Shown here in pieces: positions 10,552 to 22,357 of a DNA stretch of 64,000 bases; the first letter of the stretch is position 1, and each line of letters begins with the position of its first letter. Source of the stretch: an uncultured Planctomycetota bacterium. Its GTDB lineage: Bacteria; Planctomycetota; Planctomycetia; Isosphaerales; Isosphaeraceae. The stretch covers positions 2,912,001-2,976,000 of the forward strand of contig CAWGMQ010000004.1 in the NCBI GenBank assembly GCA_963823665.1, read 5' to 3'. The translations under genes and the position numbers were made by a program. The notes beneath the pieces were generated by a model. It saw nothing but the letters and a program-made list of their open reading frames with translations. It had not been told where the DNA came from and searched no databases.

Positions 10552-11015
10552 AAGGGCAAGGAGAAATGCCACGGCCCGGGAGGCGACCATCCCCGATTGA
10601 AGCAACACGACTCGAAGAGGTGGCCTTGGTTTTCTCAGGCGGAACGCCACGAATGCGAGGAACCAGATCACGGATGTAGCAGATATCCAGAATTCCGATG
10701 TGCATTTTACCGCATCGATTGCCAGTTCGCCTGTACAACATCGATGCGGCACTTTGTCGCGGCCTGCTTCTCGACGATCGTGTGCTCGGATTCTTCCGGT
10801 TTCTAAATTGGATTGGACGATCATGGGACTGCGGTGAGTGGCATGTGGCACTGCCACCAACCAGGACGACGACTCTGGCGGCAACATCAACCCGACGGAT
10901 ACCTACAAGATCGTCATCACCGTCCCGCCGCCGGGCTCCGTCCCCTACAACACGAATTTCAGCCTCACGGCGGCCGTCGAGCAAGGGACACACCGTCGTC
11001 TCCGAATGAGGACCC

Positions 11016-11855
11016 ATGAAGCAGTTCAACGGCAAGGTGGCGGTCATCACAGGCGCGGCCAGCGGCATTGGACGTGCGCTGGCGGATCGCTGTGTGCAAG
11101 AAGGCATGAAAGTGGTTCTGGCCGATGTGGAAATGGAGGCCTTGGCGAGCACCGAAGCGGGCCTGAAGGCCTCCGGCGCGACCGTTCTGGCTGTCCAGAC
11201 CGACGTTTCCAAAGCCCAGGACGTCGCAGCGCTGGCCCAGAAGACCCTTGAAGCCTTCGGTGCGGTCCACTTGCTCTGCAACAACGCCGGTGTCGGCACC
11301 GAGGCCGCCGTCTGGGAAAGCACCCTCGAGGAGTGGGAATGGGTCTTGGGTGTCAATCTCTGGGGCGTGATTCATGGCGTGCGCACCTTTGTTCCCCTCA
11401 TGCTGGCCCAGGACACCGAGTGCCACATCGTGAACACCGCCTCCATGGCCGGCCTCATATCGGGTCCCGGGTTGGGGGCCTACAAGGTGACCAAACACGC
11501 GGTCGTCAGCCTCTCGGAAACACTCCACCATGAGCTGGCCGAGCGCGGGGCAAGAATCAAGGTCTCGGTACTCTGTCCGGGGTTTGTCAACACACGGATC
11601 ATGGAGTCAGCGCGGAACCGTCCCGGGCACTTTTCGACGACGGAGTCGCTCGATCCAGTATCCTCGGCGCGATGGGAAGCCATCCGCCAGCTCGTGCCGG
11701 CTGGGATACCTCCGGAGCAAGTCGCCGATGCCGTGTTCGCGGCCCTCCGGAACGATCAGTTCTACATCCTCACGCACCCGGAAGGGAAAGACTCCATTCG
11801 CACGCGCATGGAAGACATACTCCAGGAACGTGGTCCGACGCCTCCGAGGCGATGA
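11016..11855 (+). CDS. SDR family oxidoreductase
   Basis: TGAASGIG, NNAG, YKVTK (YxxxK). Confidence 0.93.
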   Translation: MKQFNGKVAVITGAASGIGRALADRCVQEGMKVVLADVEMEALASTEAGLKASGATVLAVQTDVSKAQDVAALAQKTLEAFGAVHLLCNNAGVGTEAAVWESTLEEWEWVLGVNLWGVIHGVRTFVPLMLAQDTECHIVNTASMAGLISGPGLGAYKVTKHAVVSLSETLHHELAERGARIKVSVLCPGFVNTRIMESARNRPGHFSTTESLDPVSSARWEAIRQLVPAGIPPEQVADAVFAALRNDQFYILTHPEGKDSIRTRMEDILQERGPTPPRR

Positions 11856-11859
11856 CACT

Positions 11860-11922
11860 AAGATCAAGATCAAGATTAGGATTAGGATTAAGATTAAGAT
11901 GAAGATTAAGATCAAGATTAAG
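11860..11922 (+). repeat. Degenerate hexamer tandem repeat (ARGATN) x ~10
   Basis: aagatc aagatc aagatt aggatt aggatt aagatt aagatg aagatt aagatc aagatt. Confidence 0.9.
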
Positions 11923-12094
11923 CGGCGAATCATCTCTCGGCACGTCGTGAGGGGATTGGGGTCGCGCCTGGACAGTCGGGGTTATTTCCACTTATCGTGG
12001 GAAGGGGGTATGAGGCTGGGTTGTGCCAGCCGTGTCCTGGCTTTCGCTGCTCGAGCACTGGGGGAAACGTGGGTCGGAAAAGGAGCGAGGGCTA

Positions 12095-13261
12095 ATGGCG
12101 TCGCGCCGCCTCTTGCTGGTGGAGGATAGCTCCACCATGCGACGGATGCTCTCGTCGATGCTCGCGGATGCGGGCTATGCGGTCGAAACGGCTAACGACG
12201 GCCTGCAGGGGTTGGCGAAGGCGCGGATGGACCCGCGGCCGGAGCTGATCCTGACCGATTTCGAGATGCCCGAGCTTGATGGAGCGGGTTTGTGCCAGGC
12301 GCTCAAAAAGGATCTGGAGCTGCGCTCGATCCCGGTGCTGATGCTGACCACGCTGGGCGAATCGCGCGACAAGATCGCCGGGCTCAAGGCCGGCGCGGAC
12401 GATTACATCGAGAAGCCCAAGGGGCCGGATGAATTCCGCGTGCTGTGCGCGCGGATTGACGCGCACCTGCGAATCGCGGATCTCCACGAGGAGCTCACCG
12501 AGCGGAACCGGTTGCTGGAAGCCGCCAAGAAGAAGTTCGAGTTCGAGCTGAAGCTGGCGAGGCAGGTGCAGTTCGCACTGATGCCGCGGCCGCCCAAGCC
12601 GCGCGGGGTGCTGCGGGTGGCGGTGCGGTACACGCCGGCCAATGAGCTGGGGGGCGATGTTTACGACTTTTACCGGCTGGAGAACAACCGGCTGGGCATT
12701 CTGGTTGCGGACGTATCGGGCCACGGGGTGAACTCGGCGATGCTCTCCGGGATGGTGAAGGCGCTCGCGGCCGCGCTTTCGATCGCGGTGCTCGAGCCAG
12801 GGGAGCTGCTGGCGGGGCTGGACGTGAACGCCGAGCAGTATTTTCCGGAGGGTTACTTCTGCACAGGGTTTTACCTGATCGCCGACGAAGAGACGGGCTT
12901 GCTGCGCTACGCGGGGGTGGGCCATCCGCCGGCAATGATCGTGGGGCCGAACGGACCACGGACCTTGCTATCGAACCCGGGGATGCTCGGGATCGGCATG
13001 GTCGACGGCACGGCCGGGAACGCCGACCGGCTCGAGGCGGGCGAGTCACTGGTGATTTATACCGACGGATTGACGGACGCAATGGATCCCTCCGACACCC
13101 TTTTCGGGGAAGAGCGGCTCAAGACGCTGTTGCAGTCACATCACGGTGCTGATCCGAGCGAGATCCTCAATCAAGTCGACGAGGCGCTGGAGAAGCACAC
13201 GTCGCCAGGACGGCCCGCTGACGATATCAACATCATCGTTCTCCAGCGGGTCGCCAAGTAA
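12095..13261 (+). CDS. Response regulator-PP2C/SpoIIE phosphatase (RsbU/RsbY-like)
   Basis: REC (EDS, LTDFEMP, KP), coiled coil, then GGDVYD, ADVSGHG, YTDGL and DDI. Confidence 0.92.
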   Translation: MASRRLLLVEDSSTMRRMLSSMLADAGYAVETANDGLQGLAKARMDPRPELILTDFEMPELDGAGLCQALKKDLELRSIPVLMLTTLGESRDKIAGLKAGADDYIEKPKGPDEFRVLCARIDAHLRIADLHEELTERNRLLEAAKKKFEFELKLARQVQFALMPRPPKPRGVLRVAVRYTPANELGGDVYDFYRLENNRLGILVADVSGHGVNSAMLSGMVKALAAALSIAVLEPGELLAGLDVNAEQYFPEGYFCTGFYLIADEETGLLRYAGVGHPPAMIVGPNGPRTLLSNPGMLGIGMVDGTAGNADRLEAGESLVIYTDGLTDAMDPSDTLFGEERLKTLLQSHHGADPSEILNQVDEALEKHTSPGRPADDINIIVLQRVAK

Positions 13262-13424
13262 TCGCTCCCCAACGCGGTTGCGGCGTGTTAAACTATTCTG
13301 GATGGTCAGGGTCCCTTCAGCTCGGCGATTCGTGCGTCTCTGACTCCGCGCCGCGTCAGCCCCGGCTCGCGTCAAATACCCACTCAACTCCCGTTCTGAA
13401 GCGGAATTAGGGCGGGGTTGCAAC

Positions 13425-13722
13425 ATGGCGATCGAGGAAACTGTGTTCAAGACGCTGGCGCTGACCGGGCCGATCACGCTTTACGAGGTATCGGCGGTGT
13501 GTGAGTCGTTGCGCATCGCGCTCGCCGAGGGCAAGCCGCTGCGGATCGATTTGAGCGACTCGGGGCCGTGGGACCTTGCCGGCCTGCAGGTGTTGATCTC
13601 GTGTGTGCACGAGCGCCCGAAACCGTGATCTCCAGGTTCGCCTGGCGGGAGTTCCGGAGGTGTGTGCTCAGGTTGCCGAACGGTCCGGGCTCTCCGGCTG
13701 GCTGCTTTCCGTTCGTGAATGA
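13425..13722 (+). CDS. STAS domain protein (frameshift ~13612)
   Basis: LTGPIT, IDLS...DLAGLQVL; the shifted frame gives RLAGVPE..AERSGL and ends at TGA 13720-13722. Confidence 0.8.
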
Positions 13723-14130
13723 ATGAATAAGGGCGATACGAACGTTACAAACCCGACAATCGTCATGAGCAAAACTGTCCTTCATGCTGATGATAGTGCC
13801 GCGGTGCGGCGCTGGGTGGCCGAACAGCTTGCGGAGATGAACCTCAAGGTCATATCGGTCGCCGATGGCGAAGCCGCGCTCGAGGTGTTGAGGGAGTCTC
13901 CGTGCGACCTTTTGCTGACGGACCTGGAGATGCCGAATCTGGACGGATTGTCTCTGGTGGCGGCCGTTCGAGACCTGCCGATGCATCGGTTTCTGCCGGC
14001 GCTCGTGCTGTCTTGCCGCCACGCGAACGAGTTTCCGCCGGAGAACCGCCAGGGTGTGACGGGCTGGCTGGTCAAGCCGATCGAGCCGGACTCGCTGCGG
14101 CGTTGGGTGCGGAGGGTGCTGCCCGGGTGA
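13723..14130 (+). CDS. cheY: CheY-like single-domain response regulator
   Basis: ADDS, LTDLEMP, WLVKP; located in a che operon. Confidence 0.8.
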   Translation: MNKGDTNVTNPTIVMSKTVLHADDSAAVRRWVAEQLAEMNLKVISVADGEAALEVLRESPCDLLLTDLEMPNLDGLSLVAAVRDLPMHRFLPALVLSCRHANEFPPENRQGVTGWLVKPIEPDSLRRWVRRVLPG

Positions 14131-14198
14131 ACAACCCGGCGATGCGAGATGGTGGGAGATCTTTACAAGATGAATGATGAAGGGGATGGCGGTTGAGC

Positions 14199-16586
14199 AT
14201 GAGTTCGGATGAACGATTTCGTGAGATGTTCTACGAAGAGGCGCGCGAGCTCCTGATCGGCCTGGAAGAGGGGCTGATGGATCTTGAGCGGCGTCAGAGC
14301 GATCGCGCGCACCTCGACCGCACGTTCCGCGCAGCCCATAGCCTCAAAGGGGCGGCCGGGATGGTGGGGCTGGCGGCGATTGCCGAGTTCACGCACGGGA
14401 TCGAGGCGGTGCTGGACAAGATTCGCGGCGGGACTCTAGCGGTTGACTCCGACATCATCACGACCTTGCTCGAGGCGCGCGACCACCTGGCGATGATGGT
14501 CGAGGCCGAGGCGGTGAAGTCGCCGATTCCCCCGTCGGGCGAGCTTTCCCAGCGGTTGCAATTGCTGTTGCGCGGCCCGGGGGCGGCACCGGCACCGGCG
14601 CCGGCGCCGAGGGCGCCGAGCGATCGAGCGGGATTGAGCCCGGCCGAGGCCACGAAAGCACCTGAGAGCAAACCCAAACGGAAACGGCCGCCGCGAAAAA
14701 CGAAGAAAATGGCCGCCGCGGAGGCAGGGAGCACGGAGGTTTCTGCCCAGGTAGAGGGCGAGGGCGAAGAGGTACCGGTGTACCAGATCACGCTGGTGCC
14801 CGGCCCTGACGTCTTGCGGCGGGGGGTGAATCCACTGGGTGTGTTCGACGAGCTGCGAGAGCTTGGCGAGACGCACGATCACCACCGATGCAGGTCTCGT
14901 TCCTCCGCTCGAGCAGCTCGACCCGGAGCGCTGTTACCTGAACTGGACGATTCAGGTGAAGACCGCCGCGTCTGCCGAGAGCATTTCCGAGGCATTCCTG
15001 TTCTTTGCGGAGGACAGCGCCCTCAGCATCGCAAGGCTCACGCCGGATGGGAGGCTGGTGCCGATTCGCGCGGCGACTGCGTCGCCGGGTGATGCGGTTC
15101 CGCCGCCGCCGCCGCTGGGATTCGAGGCCCCTGCGCCGGCGGAAACTGCAGCGCCGGAGGTAAGCCCCCTGCCGGAGGTTTCTCCCCCAGCCCAGGCGCC
15201 GGTCGCAGCGCCTGTTCGCGGAGCGAAAGGGGGCAAATCGAAGGCGCCCGCAGCTCAGACGGGCCAGGCGGCGTCCGCGGGGCCGGCCGCGGAGCCAACG
15301 GGGATGCTGGTCCAAACGCGGGCGCGGCTCCGGTAAGCGGCCCGGGGGTGGCAGTGCCTCCCGCCGCGGCAGCCGGGCAAGCCCCGCTGGCGGCGCCCTC
15401 GCCGTCGCTGCCTCGGCTGCATGCGAGGATCCGGGTTGATGCGGGGCAGCTTGACGAGCTGGTCGGCCTGGCAGGCGAGCTGGTCGTGGTGACCGACAAT
15501 CTGCTGGGGTTGCGTGAGATACCTGGTGTCGAGCGCTGGCTGCATGCGATCGAGGCACTGGAGCGGGTGAGCCGGGAGATCAGGGACACGACGCTCGACT
15601 TGCGGATGGTGCCGGTCGACGAGTTGTTTTCGCGGTTTCCGCGCGTGGTGCGCGACCTGGCCGACCGCTCGGGCAAGGAGATCGAGCTGCGGATCGTGGG
15701 CCAGGACACGCGCCTCGACCGGACGATCGTGGAGCGGCTCTCCGACCCGATGATTCATCTGATCCGCAATGCGGTGGATCACGCGCTTGAGCTGCCACAG
15801 GATCGGGTGGCCAGAGGCAAGCCGCGGGTGGGCCGGATCACGCTTTCTGCCGGGCACGAAGGGGACCGAGTGGCGATCCGAGTGGAGGATGACGGTCGCG
15901 GCCTGGACTGCGAGAAAATCGTGCGGAAGGGCATCTCCCTCGGCATGGTACCCACGGGTACTCCGGCGGACGACCCGCGAGTGGTGAGCTTGATTTTTGA
16001 GCCGGGTTTTTCGACGCGGGACACGATCAGCGAGCTTTCGGGGCGGGGAGTGGGGCTGGACGTCGTTCGCGATGCCGTGCGGGCGCTGCGGGGGAGTGTG
16101 GCGGTGGAGAGCACTCCCGGGAAAGGGACGGCGTTCATTTTCCGGCTGCCGCTGACGCTCGCCTTGATCGACGGGCTCCTGGTGGAGACAGGCGGGGGAA
16201 GATATGTGGTTCCGATGGCACAGGTTGAGGAATGCATCGCGCTCGACCGGATCGGAATGGCGCTATCGCGCGAGCGGCATTGCGTCTCGGTGCGCGGGGA
16301 TCTGGTTCCGACGGTGTCGCTGAGAAATCTGTTTCACAGTGACGGGCTGGCGCCGGAACGGCAGGAATTGCTGCTGACGCGGCATGCCGGCCAGCGCGTG
16401 GGGGTCGCGGTGGACCGTCTGGTCGGGCGCGTACAGGCGGTGATCCAGTCCCTCGGCGAGAATCTACACGGGCTTAACCGTTTTTCCGGCGCCACAATTC
16501 TGGGCGACGGCTCTGTATCATTAATCCTTGATCTATCAGCCGTGGTGTCCGAGTCGCGATTTGCCGAGCAGCGGTTGCGAGCTTGA
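14199..16586 (+). CDS. cheA: Chemotaxis histidine kinase CheA (frameshifts ~14878 and ~15325)
   Basis: HPt [10 protein letters not shown]2-like region, [24 protein letters not shown]-terminal CheW domain. Confidence 0.93.
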
Positions 16587-16620
16587 CCACGTCGGACAGT
16601 GTGAGGGCGGAGAGCATGCG

Positions 16621-18493
16621 ATGAGAATCACACTCAAGTGGAGAATCACGATCGTCCTCGTGGTCGTCGGCCTGGTGCCGGCAATCATCGTCGGCTGGTT
16701 TGCGTACTTCGCAAATGACGATTACAAAAACAAGGCGATTCTGATCGTCCAGAAGACGGCCGAATACGTCAATTTCCGCGCGCTTAACACTCTGCAGACC
16801 GACATGAAGACCGCCGAAACGGTGGTTGAGGGAACCACGCCGCTGCCGAAGCCGATGCTGGAGACGATCCAGGATATGGTGACGCAGGAGCTGGACAACT
16901 CGAAGCTCAAGTCGGCACAAGTTTGGATTGTGAACCCTGAAGGCAAGGTCTTGCTGAACAGGCAAACGACGGGAAGGTTTGAGGCCTCCGCCAAGATCGA
17001 CTTGCGCTACGACGACGTCGTGAGAGAAGCGGTCGCCAACGCAAGAACCAAGAATGTGTTCTTCAAATATATTCCCTCGAGTGATGAATCCAAGGGCAAG
17101 CTCGATCTCGTCGCATATGCCGCGAGGCATCTCGAAGTTGTCCCGCCTCAAGAAGGCGCACACCGGTACGTGGTGACGCTGGTCATCGTTCCTGAAGATG
17201 TGGTCTTCGATGCGATCAGAAAGAACCAGTTGTCCATCTTCCTCGTGTTGATCGCGGTCGGTGTGGCAACCGTGATCATCGGCTCTCTGCTGGCGCAGTG
17301 GTTCATCCGGCCTTTGCTCAAGATCATCGAGGTGACACAGCAGCTTCACGAGGGGCATCTGAGTGGTCGCGTGCGAATCAAGCGAGGCGACGAGCTGGGC
17401 GACATGGCCGCGCAGATCGATTCCACGATGGAAAAGTTCTCCGAGGTGATCAGCCAGATTCGCGACATGGTCGGGTCCGTGTCGATGGCGGGCAACGAGC
17501 TGAAATCGAGCTCGCACCAGCTTTCTCAGGGGTCTCATCAGCAGGCGGCGACACTACAACAAATTGCGGGAAGCTTGCAGTCGGTGGATTCGTCGGTCGG
17601 TCGCAACGCCCAGCATGCCCGGGACACCGCGCGAATGGCCACCGAGGCCAGCGGCCAGGCCGAAAAGGGGGGCGAAGCCGTACGGGAGACGGTGGTTGCG
17701 ATGCGCGAGATCACCCAGAAGATCTTGATCGTGGGTGACATCGCCTATCAGACCAACCTGCTCGCCTTGAACGCCGCGATCGAGGCGGCGCGGGCGGGCA
17801 CGCACGGCAAGGGATTCGCGGTGGTTGCCGGCGAGGTGCGGAAACTGGCGGAGCGGAGCCAGGCGGCGGCCCAGCAGATCGGCGATCTGGCCAAGAAGAG
17901 CGTGGCGGTGGCCGAGAATGCCGGGGTCGCTCCTGGATCGAACGGTTCCGATGATCCGGGACACGTCGAATCTTATTCAGGAGATCGCGGCGGCCTCGCA
18001 GGAACAGATGGCGGCGATCCGCGAGATCAATCTGGGTGTGAGCCAGCTTGAGGAGGTGGTGCAGACGAACGCCGCGGCCAGCCATGAGCTGTCGGCAACG
18101 GCGGACGGGCTGGCATCACAGGCTTCGACCTTGCAGGACCAGGTCGAGTTCTTCCAGATCGACACGACGGCGTCGAACGGACAGATGGGTCGCGGTGGAA
18201 CCGGTGCTGTCGTGCGCTCGCTCTCTGGAGCGGCTGGGCGAGCGCAGTCCACTCCGGTCAGGCCGCTCTCTCATGCACCGCGTCGGGCGATCCAGGCGAC
18301 GCGGCCGGACGGATTGCGCGGGGGTGCGGGTGCTGCGGCCTTACCCAACTCGCCGCCTGCCCTTCCCGGGCACCACGGAAACTCTGGAGCCGCCTCGCCG
18401 GGCGCGTCGAGCAATTCCGGTGGAACAACGCCTCGCGGCGGCGTGATCGTGAGCCTGGATAACGACGACGACAATTTCGAGCGATTTTCGTGA
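16621..18493 (+). CDS. Methyl-accepting chemotaxis protein (frameshift ~17925)
   Basis: Two TM helices, [40 protein letters not shown]-terminal NFERF tether-like peptide. Confidence 0.92.
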
Positions 18494-18534
18494 CGGAAAG
18501 TGCAATGCTTGAGCCGATCGGATCTTGAGAGGAA

Positions 18535-19044
18535 ATGATGGTTGATGTCGTAATGGAATCTGGTGCGGCCACCGATCGAGATCGGGTGCAGTCGTACGTC
18601 GTCTTTCGGCTGGGCGGGGAAGGCTATGCGCTTGAAGTGATGCGTGTGCAAGAGGTTCTCGACATGCAGACGCTCACCGAGGTTCCCGGTGGGCCGAAGT
18701 TCCTGCTGGGCGTGATCAATCTCCGGGGGCACGTGGTCCCGGTATACGATCTGCGGCTTCCTTTCGGATTGACGAAGGAAGACCGTTCGGGCCGGGCGCC
18801 CTGCGTCTTGATAGTTGAGTCGAGCTCTGGGAGTGACGTGCAGATCACGGGCCTGCTGGTGGACCGGGTGTCAGACGTTCTGGAGTTCTCGCCTGAGGAT
18901 GTGCAAGCCGCGCCGCAGCTTGGACTTGGAAAGGCCACTCCGTTCGTCCGTGGACTGATCCGTCACCAGGAAGCCTTTCTGCTCGTATTGGACGTGGACC
19001 GGATCTTCTCGACCCTCGGGTCATTGAACGGTGACGGAGCCTAA
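18535..19044 (+). CDS. cheW: CheW
   Basis: FRLGGEGYA, GVINLRGHVVPV, GLLVDRV. Confidence 0.93.
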   Translation: MMVDVVMESGAATDRDRVQSYVVFRLGGEGYALEVMRVQEVLDMQTLTEVPGGPKFLLGVINLRGHVVPVYDLRLPFGLTKEDRSGRAPCVLIVESSSGSDVQITGLLVDRVSDVLEFSPEDVQAAPQLGLGKATPFVRGLIRHQEAFLLVLDVDRIFSTLGSLNGDGA

Positions 19045-19876
19045 CGTGGAACCCGAGCCGTGGTCTGAGAAGGATTTTGCCCCGATCACGTCGTTCCTGC
19101 GCCATCAGGTCGGCATCTCGCTGGAGGCCCACCGGATGGGCCTTTTGCAAGCGAGATTGCGCTCGCGGCTTCAGGTCAAAGGGATCAGCAGCTTTACACA
19201 GTTTTACGAACAAGTGTTGAAGGTGGATCCAGGCGGGTGGGGCGCCCAGCTTCTGGTCGACCTCAGCACGGTGAACCACACGTCTTTTTTCCGAGAGCCG
19301 GCGCACTTCACGTTCATGGCCGAGCGGATTGTGGCGTGGCTCAAGGAATCACCCGGGATGCCGGTCCGCATCTGGTCGGCGGGGTGCTCGTCGGGGCAGG
19401 AGCCGTACAGCATGGCGATGGTCCTGGCGGAGACGATCAGCGGGCTTTTGTCGCAGAAGGTGGAGATCTGGGCGAGCGACCTTTCTCTCGAGATGCTCAA
19501 GCTTGCCGCCGGCGCAATCTACACCACGCGGGACGTGCAGGGAGTCTCGCCGGCGCGGCTGAGACGGTTCTTCTTGCTGGGCCGCGGCCCGCGCGCGGGC
19601 TCGTTTCGCGTCGTGCCGGAGATCCGTGACCTGGTGAAGTTCCGCCATCTGGACCTGCGGAATCCCGTGTGGTCCGTGCCCAACGATTTTCCCATTATTT
19701 TTTGCCGCAACGTCTCAATCTACTTCGCCGAAGAAGAGCGCCTGGCGCTGTTCAACCGGCTGTCACAGCACCTGCGCCCTGGAGGCTGGCTGGCGATGGG
19801 CAATGGCGAGATTCTGCCGGAAGTGCCGCCGACGCTGCGAAAGCACTCGCCGTCGCTCTTTCAGAAAGAGGGTTGA
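19031..19876 (+). CDS. cheR: CheR methyltransferase
   Basis: TSFFRE, IWSAGCSSGQEPYS, IFCRNV. Confidence 0.93.
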   Translation: MTEPNVEPEPWSEKDFAPITSFLRHQVGISLEAHRMGLLQARLRSRLQVKGISSFTQFYEQVLKVDPGGWGAQLLVDLSTVNHTSFFREPAHFTFMAERIVAWLKESPGMPVRIWSAGCSSGQEPYSMAMVLAETISGLLSQKVEIWASDLSLEMLKLAAGAIYTTRDVQGVSPARLRRFFLLGRGPRAGSFRVVPEIRDLVKFRHLDLRNPVWSVPNDFPIIFCRNVSIYFAEEERLALFNRLSQHLRPGGWLAMGNGEILPEVPPTLRKHSPSLFQKEG

Positions 19877-19882
19877 CGACCG

Positions 19883-21013
19883 ATGGCGCTGCGGGATCGT
19901 CCCAAGACGGTGCAGCCACCCGGATCGCTCGAACCGATCGAGGTCCTGGTTGTCGACGACAGTGCCCTCGTGCGGCAGAAGCTCAGGTCGATCATCGAGA
20001 CGGACCCGAGTTTCCGGGTTGTGCTGGCGGCCGACCCTTACGAGGCCGTGTCGGTCCTGTCGAAGTCGGTGCCCGGCGTGATCGTGCTCGACGTGGAAAT
20101 GCCACGGATGGACGGATTAACGTTTTTGCGTAAGTTAATGCGTCAACACCCGCTGCCGGTGGTGCTGTGCACGTCGCAGGCGGAACGGGCCGTGACGGCG
20201 CTCGAGATGGGGGCGATCGAAGTGATCGCCAAGCCGGACTGGAACGATGCGGCTCGATTGCACGAGTGGTCACAGAATATGCTCGAGAGCATACGCAGTG
20301 CCGCCAGGGCCGGCCGGCTGCCATTTCGCGACGACCGGCCGGCGACGGCGACCGACCCGAGGCACTCCGCGGACGTGATCTTGCCCAAGGTTGCGTATTC
20401 GGCTCGCGCCGGCTCAAGCGAGCGGATCGTCTTGGTCGGAGTGAGTACCGGCGGTGTGCAAGCGCTCCAGCAACTGCTGGCGGGCTTCCCGGCCAATACG
20501 CCAGGGATCGTGATGGTCCAGCACATGCCGGCCGACTTTACGAACGCGTTCGCCAGCCGGCTGCACAACGATCCCCGGATCGAGATGGAAGTGATTGAAG
20601 CGCGGCAGCACGAGCCGGTTCGCCCTGGTCGTGCCATTCTGATTCCCGGCGACGTGCACGGCGTGGTTCGACGCTCCGGGACGGGCTATCGGGTGGAGCT
20701 GGTCGAAGGGCCACCGGTCTGCCGGCACCGTCCCAGCGTGGACGTGCTGTTCCGATCGGCCGCGCAGGCGGCTGGGCCTTACGGGGCAGGCGTGATCATG
20801 ACGGGCATGGGCGACGACGGGGCAGGGGGGTTGCTCGAGATGCGGGAGAGCGGATCGTTGACAGTCGCTCAGAACGAGGCGACGTGCATCGTCTTCGGCA
20901 TGCCGCGGGAGGCGATTCGCCGTGGCGCGGCCAAACTCATCACTCCGCTCGACTCGATTGCGCCCACCGTTCTCGCGTGGGCTGCATCGTCGGAATCGAG
21001 CTCGTGGCATTGA
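19883..21013 (+). CDS. cheB: CheB methylesterase/response regulator
   Basis: REC plus GVSTGG, QHMP, RPSVDVLF, TGMGDDGA. Confidence 0.94.
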   Translation: MALRDRPKTVQPPGSLEPIEVLVVDDSALVRQKLRSIIETDPSFRVVLAADPYEAVSVLSKSVPGVIVLDVEMPRMDGLTFLRKLMRQHPLPVVLCTSQAERAVTALEMGAIEVIAKPDWNDAARLHEWSQNMLESIRSAARAGRLPFRDDRPATATDPRHSADVILPKVAYSARAGSSERIVLVGVSTGGVQALQQLLAGFPANTPGIVMVQHMPADFTNAFASRLHNDPRIEMEVIEARQHEPVRPGRAILIPGDVHGVVRRSGTGYRVELVEGPPVCRHRPSVDVLFRSAAQAAGPYGAGVIMTGMGDDGAGGLLEMRESGSLTVAQNEATCIVFGMPREAIRRGAAKLITPLDSIAPTVLAWAASSESSSWH

Positions 21014-21155
21014 ACGGTTGCGCACGGTCGAGGAGACCTTCGGTCGTACGGACGGCGGGGTCGGAGACCCGCGCCGAAAGAGAGGCCTTCGCTCAGCGAA
21101 GGCCGACAATTCGCGAAAGTTCTTCTTGGCCGGTTGCTGAAAGCTCTTGCCCGCC

Positions 21156-21197
21156 AAAAAAAAAAGGCGGCCGGCCCGTCAGGAACCCGGCCGCCTT
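21156..21197 (-). terminator. Intrinsic terminator of the DUF1559 genes
   Basis: AAGGCGGCCGG/CCGGCCGCCTT stem followed by a T run on the minus strand. Confidence 0.8.
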
Positions 21198-21229
21198 GTC
21201 GGCTGCGAAGCTTTGAGTCACGAAGCGGA

Positions 21230-22357
21230 TCAATACTGATCGGAGCCGATGACCTCGCCCGCGTTGATGGAACCGAGCTGGACCCAGGTCAGGGGGCTGA
21301 TGCTGTTCTTCATGAAATGGACTGAACCATCGCCAAAGAGCGTATTCACACCCTGGGGATGCCGGCTTCGCGAACCGGCGTATTCGCTTCCCTCGCTTCC
21401 CTGGTTGTAGCAACCCAACTGCTGGCCGGGTTGGCTATCGCAGAGCGAGCCCGGGCTCGCGGGACTGGTACCCAGCCCCGAGCCGCCGAACGATGCAATG
21501 TTGTCGAGGTTGTTCATGGGCAGCACGCCGACGAGCGTGGACCAAGGTGGAACCGTGGCAACATAATCCGTGTAGCCGTTGGGCGTGAACCTTGTGTTGT
21601 ACGAGCCGGCGCCGGCATTCAAGACCCAGACCGTGCCGCGGATGTCGTCAGGCGCGCCCTGCAAGAGCTCGGACACGAATTGCGTGTTGCTCAGCCCGTC
21701 AGTGACCGAGGCAACTTTGCAGACGAACGGCCCATTCCCCTGGCGGCTGAAGCCGAACGGAGCCTGCAGCCAGAGCTGGGGATAGGTCGTAAACGCACCA
21801 CCCAGAAGGGCCTGGCCGTCATCCAGGTTTCCCCAGTTGCAGCCGTAATTCCCCTTCGTCGCCATATAGGGAAGCCCGAACAGACCGGCCAAGGCGTAGA
21901 CCGTGGAATTGTCGCTCGGGCACTGGAACGACGCGATCCTGGTGGAGTACACCGTGCTATTGATGATGAATCCGGCCGGTAGAGGGCCGATCTGGGGCCC
22001 CTCCATGCCGATCGATGCGTTGAACGCGTTGTACATGCCCAATTGCTCGATGTACGGAAGCATCAGCAGGAACCACGGGGTGTTCTGGCAGTTGTTTCCG
22101 AAACCCGGGCTCGAGCAAATGGCGCCGGGCATGCCGCCCATGTAGCCGAAGATGGTTCCACACGGGTAAACCCCGTTTCCAGACTCGTAGTTGGCAAGCG
22201 CCAAACCGAGTTGTTTGAGATTGTTCATGCATTGCGCACGCCGCGCCGCTTCGCGCACGGCTTGCACCGCGGGTAAGAGCAAAGCAATCAATACTGCGAT
22301 GATGGCGATCACGACGAGAAGCTCGATCAGCGTAAAACCACGACGCCGTTGTGACAT
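21230..22357 (-). CDS. DUF1559 prepilin-type protein
   Basis: [59 protein letters not shown] (H-X9-DG). Confidence 0.95.
   Translation of the reverse strand: MSQRRRGFTLIELLVVIAIIAVLIALLLPAVQAVREAARRAQCMNNLKQLGLALANYESGNGVYPCGTIFGYMGGMPGAICSSPGFGNNCQNTPWFLLMLPYIEQLGMYNAFNASIGMEGPQIGPLPAGFIINSTVYSTRIASFQCPSDNSTVYALAGLFGLPYMATKGNYGCNWGNLDDGQALLGGAFTTYPQLWLQAPFGFSRQGNGPFVCKVASVTDGLSNTQFVSELLQGAPDDIRGTVWVLNAGAGSYNTRFTPNGYTDYVATVPPWSTLVGVLPMNNLDNIASFGGSGLGTSPASPGSLCDSQPGQQLGCYNQGSEGSEYAGSRSRHPQGVNTLFGDGSVHFMKNSISPLTWVQLGSINAGEVIGSDQY

Noticed and set aside
11530..12129. ORFs with KIKIKI / ILILIL tracts
   Set aside because: These are translations of the hexamer repeat overlapping the SDR gene, not credible proteins
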